Part shown: piece by piece, positions 56,283 through 64,000 of the stretch
Layout of the letters: each line of letters starts with the position of its first letter
How positions within the stretch are numbered: the first letter of the stretch is position 1
Source: Candidatus Moraniibacteriota bacterium
GTDB lineage: Bacteria > Patescibacteriota > Minisyncoccia > Moranbacterales > UBA1568
DNA: 64,000 bases
Direction: 5' to 3'
NCBI GenBank assembly: GCA_013334575.1
Contig: JAAXXG010000003.1
Span: 12,699-76,698, forward strand
Made by a program: the position numbers and the translations under genes
Notes under the pieces: generated by a model
What the model was told of the DNA's origin: nothing
Seen by the model: the letters and a program-made list of their open reading frames with translations, nothing else
Database searches by the model: none

Positions 56283-57809
56283 ATGTTTTATAAGCATCAT
56301 CTGAAACATCTCGGCGTGAAGTATTCTTTTCCGAAACTTTTATCGGAAAAGGATTTTTCTGAGTGGGTGCGGGAAACGAAGGCTCCTGATGATGACGTCC
56401 TTGAGGCATTGCGCGCGGTCGATCTGGGAAAGAGGTATGGCGCGATGAATGCCCTCATGGAAGAACGGACAAAAAATATCAACGCGTTGTTTCTCGAGGA
56501 ATTGCCGGAATTTTTTGAGAATGAATCGGGAGGGAAGGAGGACGCGAAATACTTCAGTGATTTTTTGCAGGCCCATTTTTCCCGAGAGAAACATGTGCGG
56601 GTCCTGATCGTCCAGATGGTCGGGGAAATGTTGCTCGGAGCGCAGGGCACTCCCGATGGATTGAAGGATGATCTGAAAGTGAGGAAGATCATAAATGCCG
56701 AGCAAGCGGAGATCTGGCGAACCACGTTGGACTATCTCTCCCTTGCGGTCGAGGTCGTGGACGCCGCGAGCTATGTCGCCGACGACGCTTTCGACAAAAC
56801 ACTTTCACGATTCGGTGTCGATACCCCGTACAAGGTGCACGGTGATTTCGCAGGTCCGATAGGGGCCGATATCCTGTTGCACTCGCTTGGGAACTATATT
56901 TTCTATAAGACGATACGTGAGCACGAGCGCGGAGTCGAAGCCGGCTATCTGACGGAATCGGGTAGCGTGTCGACGAACGACAATCCGTATTCCTTGAAGT
57001 GGAAGGACGACACGACGGGCGTATATGTCTATATCAATCCGGAGCAGTACATGGACGTGTGGGAAGTCTGGTCGTGGGCGTGGTATCTGATCAATTCGGG
57101 ACAGATACGCGATCTGTATGAATTCGGACTCGAGGATATCGGGTCATTCGATGTCGACTCGTATATGTCGCGGGCCTATCGACTGTCCGGAGGGCTTATC
57201 GAGTGTGCCACGCATCTTTCGGCGGCCTTCATGGGATGCGGGTATTGGGAAGGTCGGCAGCATATCGGAAAATGGGCGGCGATATACGGCACGATGACGC
57301 AGATACGCAACGATTTTTACGATTACGTCCTGTATTCCGTCGAGGGTCCGAAGAAACACGATTTCGTGAAGGAGACGCACGAAGACGTCTCCTTGGGACG
57401 CGTCACACTGCCGCTCGGGTTCGCATATGCTCAGGCTGACGACGCGGACCGGAAGGCAATGCTTGAACTGGCGTCTTCCATGAAGGAAAAGAAGTCACAG
57501 GGCATGGAAATCCCCGAACAGGATAGGCTGAAGCTGAATGGTCTGATCGCGAAAAACGGTGGATTTCTCGCATCGAAAAAAATCATCTATAACATGGTGA
57601 CGTGGGCGGTGGATGAACTGATGCCGCTTCGGAAGGATTTTCAGGATAGCGGACGGTATTGGGATCTAGTCGCCTGGACCGTCGCGTCGCTGAATATCCT
57701 GAATATCGATCCGGAACGTACCGATCCTGGTGCCGGGTCGGTCGGCAATATGTTCGATTTGAAAGCGATTGCTGATTTTCTGAAACAGGCCTCGGTAAGC
57801 AATAAATGA
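56283..57809 (+). CDS. Polyprenyl synthetase / class I isoprenoid synthase fold protein
   Basis: VE..DAASYVADDAFD..LSRFG (first Asp-rich motif), GQIRDL, QIRNDFYDY (second motif variant), D..LGRVTLP. Confidence 0.78.
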   Translation: MFYKHHLKHLGVKYSFPKLLSEKDFSEWVRETKAPDDDVLEALRAVDLGKRYGAMNALMEERTKNINALFLEELPEFFENESGGKEDAKYFSDFLQAHFSREKHVRVLIVQMVGEMLLGAQGTPDGLKDDLKVRKIINAEQAEIWRTTLDYLSLAVEVVDAASYVADDAFDKTLSRFGVDTPYKVHGDFAGPIGADILLHSLGNYIFYKTIREHERGVEAGYLTESGSVSTNDNPYSLKWKDDTTGVYVYINPEQYMDVWEVWSWAWYLINSGQIRDLYEFGLEDIGSFDVDSYMSRAYRLSGGLIECATHLSAAFMGCGYWEGRQHIGKWAAIYGTMTQIRNDFYDYVLYSVEGPKKHDFVKETHEDVSLGRVTLPLGFAYAQADDADRKAMLELASSMKEKKSQGMEIPEQDRLKLNGLIAKNGGFLASKKIIYNMVTWAVDELMPLRKDFQDSGRYWDLVAWTVASLNILNIDPERTDPGAGSVGNMFDLKAIADFLKQASVSNK

Positions 57810-57813
57810 AATC

Positions 57814-57927
57814 AACGGCGAAGCGGTTCAGGAAGACCTGAAAGCCTTCCTCCTGTCACTTGGCATCGGCACAGACGACATCGTCACCAAAGGCTACGAC
57901 ACGCTATTGTATGAGAAGGGGATCTGA
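57814..57927 (+). pseudogene. Orphan 3' end of a CYTH/CyaB allele
   Basis: 106 bp matching 59095-59200 with 7 differences, then GGG ATC TGA. Confidence 0.9.
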
Positions 57928-57940
57928 TTACACATCGACT

Positions 57941-58564
57941 ATGAAACTGATACTCGCTTCCGATTTGAGCTTTGTCCTGAAATACGGATATGGCCATACC
58001 GGTATCCCGAAGGCGGATATGCGGATCGGGTATGTGACGACCGCAACGAAGGGCGCTCGCTCGAAGGAATTTTTTGAAAACATGGAGCGGCAGATCGTGG
58101 AGTCCGGATATACTTTCGAGGAGTTCGACATCGAAGGAAAAAGCGCAGAAGAAATGAGATCGTTCTTCTCGGACAAGAATGTGATCCATATCGAGGGTGG
58201 CAATACCTTCTATCTTCTGAAAGCCATCCGAGAAACCGGCTTCGCCGAGGTACTCGATGAACTTCTCAAAGAGGGGAAAGTCTATATCGGTACGAGTACG
58301 GGATCCTATATAATGTGCCCGTCGATCGAAGTGGCGGATTGGGACGAAACCGGAAAAAGCCGGTTCGGAATGACCGACTTCACCGCCCTCAATTATGTCC
58401 CGTTCGTCCTCAAGGTACATTACAAGGATGAGATGCAGGAATCCGTGAGGGAAAAGATGAAGACTGCGCACCATCCGCTCCGATTACTGCGTGAAGGGCA
58501 AGGCATCCTCGTCGACAACGGCGTCGAAACCTTCGTCGGTGACGGAGAAGAAACGGTGTTATAG
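57941..58564 (+). CDS. Peptidase S51 family
   Basis: IGYVTTA, IHIEGGNTFYLL, YIGTSTGS, LKVHY. Confidence 0.85.
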   Translation: MKLILASDLSFVLKYGYGHTGIPKADMRIGYVTTATKGARSKEFFENMERQIVESGYTFEEFDIEGKSAEEMRSFFSDKNVIHIEGGNTFYLLKAIRETGFAEVLDELLKEGKVYIGTSTGSYIMCPSIEVADWDETGKSRFGMTDFTALNYVPFVLKVHYKDEMQESVREKMKTAHHPLRLLREGQGILVDNGVETFVGDGEETVL

Positions 58565-58665
58565 GTGAATTATATCCGCTTTACAACGGCGTGTTTGGGG
58601 AGTAGAAAGGGGGTGAAAGGGATGGATATTCCGTTCCGATGGTGGGGTATGTCATTAGTACCGAC

Positions 58666-59229
58666 ATGAAGGAAATCGAGATCAAAGCTCGGATGCGCGA
58701 TATCGACACGCTGACCGGGGCGCTTGCCGCCAAGGGGTTCGTGTTCGGCGAACCCGCGGTCCAAAACGACGTGATATTCCTGCCGGCCGGGATCGAGTTC
58801 CCGGAAATCACCAAAGGGGTTCCGGTCGTGCGCGTGCGGAACGCGGACGGCGTTTCGACCCTGACGCTCAAGATGGGTGTCGTCGCCGGGAAGGAGCTCA
58901 TAAAGCTGGAGAAGGAGGTGAGGGTGGGCGACGACAAGACGGCTATCGAGATCGTCTCGCTTATGGGATTTCACGAGGTGATACGAGTCGGCAAGAAACG
59001 GATGGAATGCGAACACGACGGCGTGACCGTCTGTATCGACGACGTGACCGGACTCGGGGCGTTCATCGAGGTCGAGCAATTGTCGGACGCTGAAAACGAC
59101 GAAGCGGTCCAGGAAGAGCTGAAAGCCTTCCTTCTGTCGCTCGGCATCGGCACAGACGACATCGTCACCAAAGGCTACGACACGCTTTTGTATGAGAAGG
59201 ATAGCCGCTTTGCAAGGATTGGATTATAG
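58666..59229 (+). CDS. CYTH / class IV adenylate cyclase-like protein
   Basis: EIEIKAR (ExExK), VRVR, LTLK, EKE, K.R, CIDDV.GLG.FIEVE, KGY..LL. Confidence 0.88.
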   Translation: MKEIEIKARMRDIDTLTGALAAKGFVFGEPAVQNDVIFLPAGIEFPEITKGVPVVRVRNADGVSTLTLKMGVVAGKELIKLEKEVRVGDDKTAIEIVSLMGFHEVIRVGKKRMECEHDGVTVCIDDVTGLGAFIEVEQLSDAENDEAVQEELKAFLLSLGIGTDDIVTKGYDTLLYEKDSRFARIGL

Positions 59230-59308
59230 AGTAGAAATGAATGAGATTTATTTCAAGTGATAATTGTATATATTGTTACCTAGCAATAATTGATTTTGAC
59301 CTTTCAAT

Positions 59309-60568
59309 ATGAATCTAAAAACATTCGATGTGCATTCATATCGATCATGCCAGAGCGTTAAATTTCCTCTTAATAGAGATTTAACTGGTTTGATTGGGAT
59401 AAATGGATCGGGTAAAACCAACGTTTTGAATTCAATTTTTTTGCTGAGAAAAATATCAGAATTCAGATTCAAATACGCGAATAATCGAGACACAGAATAT
59501 AATACTTGCAAAATTGGAGCAGTCTTTGAACATAACGGGATATCCATTCAGTTGAAGGCGACGATCTATCTTGAAATGGATGAACGAAATAATGACGAGA
59601 TAATTTCTTCCGATTTTAAATGGAAGTTTTCGAATTATAATTCGAAAGAATGGCTGACAATTCCTATTGAATTCTTTTCGAATCAATTTAATAGCAGCTC
59701 ATTTCATCTTCCAGTAAGTATTCGTAGTAACATTCGTTTTTCAAAAGGATCAAGGGGCAGTTTTTTTGAAATATATAAATTATTCCATACAAAAGAATTT
59801 AAAAAAAATGTGCAACCATTACTTCATGAAGTATTTGAATTCATCAATGGAATAAATTATTATAGCGCGACACAATTTTCTGATCCCGGACGCTGTCCAG
59901 TCTCTATTGAACTGGAAGAAGACAGGTTTCGAAGGAGGACGCATTCTTCATCTGGTCATGAGCAGTTCATTTTCGATTTATATAATTCACACAAGCAAAA
60001 TGATAAGGAGTTTATAAGATATTTTAATACAATAGGCAAAGTTGGAATTGGTCTGATTGACGAATTGTCTTTTGAGACTTTACCAATTCCATCAAGTACC
60101 TATAAGGTGCGATCTGGTGGTCAAATTAAACAAAAAAATTTCGAGAGACAACTGATCGTACCAATTTTTACAATTAATGGTAAGAAATTGTCGCCTAACC
60201 AATTATCTGAAGGGACGTTCAAGACATTAGCATTGCTCTATTACCTCATTACGGATAAAAGCACACTACTTCTAATTGAGGAACCTGAGGTATGTATCCA
60301 TCATGGCTTGCTCGACAGTATAATTAAGTTATTGATTAGTCAGTCAAAGCATAAACAAATTATTATAAGTACACATTCGGATTTTGTACTAGATCACTTG
60401 TCACCAGAGAATATACTCCTTGTTAAATATCTGGAGACAAAAGGAACAACGGTTAAACAATTATCAAAGTCAATGAGTAGTGATGAGTATCGGGCTCTGA
60501 AGATGTATCTCAAAGAGTCGGGTAATTTAGGTGAATATGCACGAGAAGGCGGATTCGAGTATGAGTAA
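59309..60568 (+). CDS. ABC-type AAA ATPase (AAA_15/AAA_21), AT-rich
   Basis: GINGSGKTN, LSEGT, LLIEEPE..IH, IISTHS. Confidence 0.88.
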   Translation: MNLKTFDVHSYRSCQSVKFPLNRDLTGLIGINGSGKTNVLNSIFLLRKISEFRFKYANNRDTEYNTCKIGAVFEHNGISIQLKATIYLEMDERNNDEIISSDFKWKFSNYNSKEWLTIPIEFFSNQFNSSSFHLPVSIRSNIRFSKGSRGSFFEIYKLFHTKEFKKNVQPLLHEVFEFINGINYYSATQFSDPGRCPVSIELEEDRFRRRTHSSSGHEQFIFDLYNSHKQNDKEFIRYFNTIGKVGIGLIDELSFETLPIPSSTYKVRSGGQIKQKNFERQLIVPIFTINGKKLSPNQLSEGTFKTLALLYYLITDKSTLLLIEEPEVCIHHGLLDSIIKLLISQSKHKQIIISTHSDFVLDHLSPENILLVKYLETKGTTVKQLSKSMSSDEYRALKMYLKESGNLGEYAREGGFEYE

Positions 60569-61145
60569 ACGAAAGCCAAGAGTCGGAATAATTGCAGAAG
60601 ACAGGAGTGATATTGAGTGCGTACGAGCGCTGATTTTTCGAATAACAAATGATAATAAAATTGGTGTAGACGGGATGGCGAAAAATGGATGCACCATGCT
60701 GGTTCGGAAGTGCGGACATTGGGCTGTTAATTTACATGAAAAAGGATGTAATTTGCTAATTGTGATTCATGATTCGGATGGGAAAGATCCGCGTGCGATA
60801 CATAATAGGATTGAGCTTGCGCTTCATGCGTGTCCGATAGTAAAGAAAATAATCACAATACCTGTCGAAGAAATTGAAGCCTGGTTGCTTGCTGATCCTA
60901 ATGCAATAAAAAAAGGCATCAATTTAGATAAGATTCCAAAAATTAATAGAAACGTTGAACAAATATCTTCCCCAAAGGAATTTCTCGAAGACATTATTGA
61001 TAAAACATCTAATCGAGAAAAGATCTATATTAATAGTAAACATAATGCAATGATTGCTCGCAACATCGATATAGAAAAGATTAAGGAAAAGTGCCCATCC
61101 TTTTTGCCGTTTCTTAAATTTGTACAGGAAAACACTGTTTCGTAG
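60561..61145 (+). CDS. DUF4276-type TOPRIM-like protein
   Basis: IIAED.SD, IHDSD, EEIEAWLLAD, PKE.L, CPSF; overlaps the ATPase stop. Confidence 0.78.
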   Translation: MSKRKPRVGIIAEDRSDIECVRALIFRITNDNKIGVDGMAKNGCTMLVRKCGHWAVNLHEKGCNLLIVIHDSDGKDPRAIHNRIELALHACPIVKKIITIPVEEIEAWLLADPNAIKKGINLDKIPKINRNVEQISSPKEFLEDIIDKTSNREKIYINSKHNAMIARNIDIEKIKEKCPSFLPFLKFVQENTVS

Positions 61146-61253
61146 CGTAGCAAAGGGGCTCAGGTACTTTGAGCTATAATCGAGCACATGTTGAGCATCA
61201 GGCTGACGGGATTCGAATGCGGACGAAGGGAGGGAATGTGCGATACTGGCGAT

Positions 61254-61400
61254 ATGACAAAGGATGAGACATACGAACGGATACTGAAAGAAGCGAGGAA
61301 CGATTCCGAAGTCCTCGGCTTCGCTCTGACCGGGGGAGTAGGGAAGGGCTTCGTGACCGAACATTCGGAAAGATATGAACAGGCGGGCGGAAGATGGTAG
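61254..61400 (+). pseudogene. 5' fragment of a nucleotidyltransferase gene
   Basis: ARND.EVLGFALTGG.GKG..TEHS is cut just before the expected DxD. Confidence 0.55.
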
Positions 61401-61423
61401 TATTGAATCGTAGTTCTTAAGAT

Positions 61424-61864
61424 ATGCTTATGAAGGTAGGTGTTGATTATATCGGAGTCGGATGCGGGGCTATCGTCATAAACGAAAAGGACGAAGTACT
61501 GCTCCTGAGGCGATCGACAACGTCGCGGACCGATCCCGGAAAATGGTGTCGTCCGGGCGGGCAGGTCGAATTTGGTGAGTCTGTCGCGGCTGCGGTCGAG
61601 CGTGAAACGAAGGAAGAGGCGGGTATCGTCGTACGCGCAATCAGGCCGCTTGAATTCACGGATGATCGTTCCGAAGATATGTCGAAACACTGGATTGCAC
61701 TCGGGTATCTCGCCGAACACGTTTCCGGTGAACCGGTGAACGTTGAACCTGACAAGCACGACACAATCGGATGGTTTCCGCTTGACCAGCTTCCGGAAAA
61801 CCTGGCGACATATACAAAGAACTCGATTGACGTGTATCTTGATCAAAAGCGATACGGGCTGTAA
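61424..61864 (+). CDS. NUDIX hydrolase
   Basis: PGGQVEFGESVAAAVERETKEEAGI Nudix box. Confidence 0.92.
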   Translation: MLMKVGVDYIGVGCGAIVINEKDEVLLLRRSTTSRTDPGKWCRPGGQVEFGESVAAAVERETKEEAGIVVRAIRPLEFTDDRSEDMSKHWIALGYLAEHVSGEPVNVEPDKHDTIGWFPLDQLPENLATYTKNSIDVYLDQKRYGL

Positions 61865-61873
61865 GAAGTTTCT

Positions 61874-62488
61874 ATGCTCATCTTTCTCGCGTCGACTGCG
61901 GCAAAGACTATCGATAGGATCGTACCGCTGTTGCCGAAACCGGCCGCAGAGATGCGGGTGGCGTTTGTTCCGACGGCGGGTGATATTTACGATCCGCATC
62001 CGTGGGTTGAGGCGGACCGGGATGCGCTCGTCGGTCTCGGGTTCCAGGTCGCGGATATTGACTTGAAGACATGCCACGGAGAAGAGCTGAGGAAACGACT
62101 TTCCGGGGCGGATATCATCTTTGTCGCCGGAGGGAGCACTTCGTATCTTCTTGAGCAGGCACAACTGAGCGGCTTCGTTGTCATCGCGCGGGATCTTGTT
62201 CGGGCGGGGAAGATATACGTCGGCTCGAGCGCCGGGTCACTTCTTGCGGGCCCTGATATCGAGGTGGACAAGGTATATGACGAAGGGGATTTCGGAAAGA
62301 CGTTGGCCTCGTATGAGGGACTCGGACTTGTCGATTTCGTCGTCTTGCCGCATGCCGACCGTTTGGACTATCTTCCGTATCTGGAACGGGCGGAGTTGGA
62401 GTATGGTGAGGGCCGAAAGCTGGTTAGGCTCAATGAAATGCAGGCGATTGTCGTCACGGACGACGGGATGAAACGTATTGAGGCATGA
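61874..62488 (+). CDS. Peptidase S51 family
   Basis: VAFVPTA, IFVAGG.TSYLL, YVGSSAGS, VLPH. Confidence 0.88.
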   Translation: MLIFLASTAAKTIDRIVPLLPKPAAEMRVAFVPTAGDIYDPHPWVEADRDALVGLGFQVADIDLKTCHGEELRKRLSGADIIFVAGGSTSYLLEQAQLSGFVVIARDLVRAGKIYVGSSAGSLLAGPDIEVDKVYDEGDFGKTLASYEGLGLVDFVVLPHADRLDYLPYLERAELEYGEGRKLVRLNEMQAIVVTDDGMKRIEA

Positions 62489-62528
62489 ACGGAATCATTC
62501 AAAATACTAATCCGTTAGTCATAACCAT

Positions 62529-62693
62529 ATGGACAAGATAAAGGTCGAGCAGCATGGGTTCACGGCGTTCTCGTGGTTCGCCGGGTGGCTCTTCACGCTC
62601 GGGTTTCTCCAGCTGACGTTCTGGAAGGGGCTTCTTGCGATCGTGCTGTGGCCGTACTATATCGGCATGACAGTCGCCTCGTTCGTGCGGTAG
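62529..62693 (+). CDS. Small hydrophobic membrane protein (54 aa), absent from the ORF track
   Basis: MDKIKVEQHGFTAFSWFAGWLFTLGFLQLTFWKGLLAIVLWPYYIG...; followed by a terminator. Confidence 0.7.
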   Translation: MDKIKVEQHGFTAFSWFAGWLFTLGFLQLTFWKGLLAIVLWPYYIGMTVASFVR

Positions 62694-62875
62694 GTCACGC
62701 CTTATTTCGGCTGAAATCCAGAAAGGGCGGAAAAGAAGGCCTGTATAAGCCTTCTTTTTTCGGTGAAATTCGGAAAAACGGTGGGAATTTCGCTTCGGTA
62801 TTGATTTCCGCACTGCGGTGCGATAGAGTGGCGCCAGTGTGAAATGGCTCTTTAACGCAAACAAAGGAGATAATC

Positions 62876-63379
62876 GTGAAAACGTCAGGAAAACATTCCG
62901 TGTTATCGACACGCGTGGAGGCGGGACGCATACGGCGGAACGTGGTCGCGTATCTGCGACTTGTCGTCGAACTTTGTTTTATCTTTTCCGCTGCCGTCCT
63001 TATCGTGTCACCGGTCATTGCGCTGCACATCGTCTTTACGAAGGGCTTTTCTCAATTCATGGCTCTCGTCGCGCACTGGAGTATGTTGATGCTCTATTTC
63101 GGCTTCTTCTCACTTGGTTGTGGTGTAGCTCTTTCAACCCTGTTAGCGGCCATCTCTATGACGATGTCGTCATCGACACTTGAGGAGGATGTCTACATGT
63201 TACCGTTCGTAAAGGATGGATTTATGACGTCCTGTCTTCTGGCGATCGGAAGAGGTATGTGGGCGGCGGTCACGTTCCCATTTCGTCTTTTGGCCGATAT
63301 CATTCCGTGGTGGAAGGGGGTATCGGTGATTTTCCCGAAGGAACATGTAGCGCGGAGATTTCCGCGGATTCCCAATTGA
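62876..63379 (+). CDS. Hypothetical membrane protein
   Basis: AAGGAG RBS before a GTG start; 2-3 TM segments; similar terminators on both sides. Confidence 0.55.
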   Translation: MKTSGKHSVLSTRVEAGRIRRNVVAYLRLVVELCFIFSAAVLIVSPVIALHIVFTKGFSQFMALVAHWSMLMLYFGFFSLGCGVALSTLLAAISMTMSSSTLEEDVYMLPFVKDGFMTSCLLAIGRGMWAAVTFPFRLLADIIPWWKGVSVIFPKEHVARRFPRIPN

Positions 63380-63529
63380 CGGCGACATGGTATATTTCAG
63401 TCGTTCAATCTGAAACCGAATTTCGAACGTAAAGAAGGCTTATCCGAGCCTTCTTTTTTTGATGAAATTGGGAAGGCGGGTCGGGCGGGGTATACTGACG
63501 GCAGGCGGTATCCGATTCTTGATTTCCAT

Positions 63530-64000
63530 ATGTCGAGTGAGACCATGTCGCTGGGAGAAAGTATGCGGGAGCGGAACAACGAGAGGAGTCTGGTCGAGCG
63601 GTATCGGGAACGGCCGATCGAACTTCTGGAGGAATTTTCCGGGATCACCGTCGAGGAACTCGAGGCGCGGTTTCCGGGAGAGTTTCCGATTATCGCCTGT
63701 GATTTCGGCATATACGGTATCGGCGATGGGGAGGAGTTTCCCGGGGGATATCGTTCGGGTCGTGTCCTCTCGGTCGATCATCACGCGTCGACGTCGAGGA
63801 TGGCTCACAGGATCTCGAGTACGACGCTCGCTATCAAGCAGGCGCGAACCGAAGGATTTCCGGGAACCGGACGGGTCGTTATCCACCATACCGATTGTGA
63901 CAGCCTGCTTTCTTCACTCATCGTGAGCGGTTTCCTTCCTCCGGAAGAACGGTTCAATGCCGCGGCGATCGCAGCCGACCATACCGGGGAGCCGGACGAG
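63530..64000 (+). CDS. DHH-like phosphoesterase, possibly circularly permuted (3'-truncated by the window edge)
   Basis: Open frame to the window end; SVDHH precedes HHTDCDSLLS; AADH. Confidence 0.6.
   Translation, partial: MSSETMSLGESMRERNNERSLVERYRERPIELLEEFSGITVEELEARFPGEFPIIACDFGIYGIGDGEEFPGGYRSGRVLSVDHHASTSRMAHRISSTTLAIKQARTEGFPGTGRVVIHHTDCDSLLSSLIVSGFLPPEERFNAAAIAADHTGEPDE

Noticed and set aside
24982-64000. Prophage or ICE
   Set aside because: No structural, terminase, integrase, relaxase or T4SS genes are recognisable.

Overview
A 64 kb window from a high-GC bacterial chromosome. The compact gene set, tRNAs without encoded CCA and many large acidic orphan proteins suggest a Patescibacteria/CPR genome (Parcubacteria, possibly Moranbacteria-like); this is an inference. 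Positions ~1-24.7 kb are mostly housekeeping: GT2, WecA-like transferase, short Rel, pyk, topA, dprA, nth, five tRNAs, a sortase with an adjacent LPXTG substrate, a CsoR-Acr3-trxA-trxB cluster and mscL. From tRNA-Ser (~25 kb) to the end is a patchwork of mostly co-oriented one- or two-gene cargo units, some strongly AT-rich, and no integrase is visible. Six structures stand out. (1) A ~70-bp promoter-like repeat precedes successive cargo genes downstream of tRNA-Ser. (2) Fragments of anchor genes (an AAA ATPase, rubrerythrin, CYTH, a methyltransferase, tRNAs) flank the cargo; several differ from the intact copy mainly at synonymous sites. (3) A 152-bp MITE always sits in the 9-bp loop of that repeat. 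(4) Structured elements after two tRNAs carry a core antisense to the host tRNA T-arm. (5) A C5-methyltransferase is paired with a GHKL/MORC-HEPN fusion. (6) An ABC-ATPase is paired with a TOPRIM-like (DUF4276-type) protein. All family calls come from motif recognition by eye; no searches were run.
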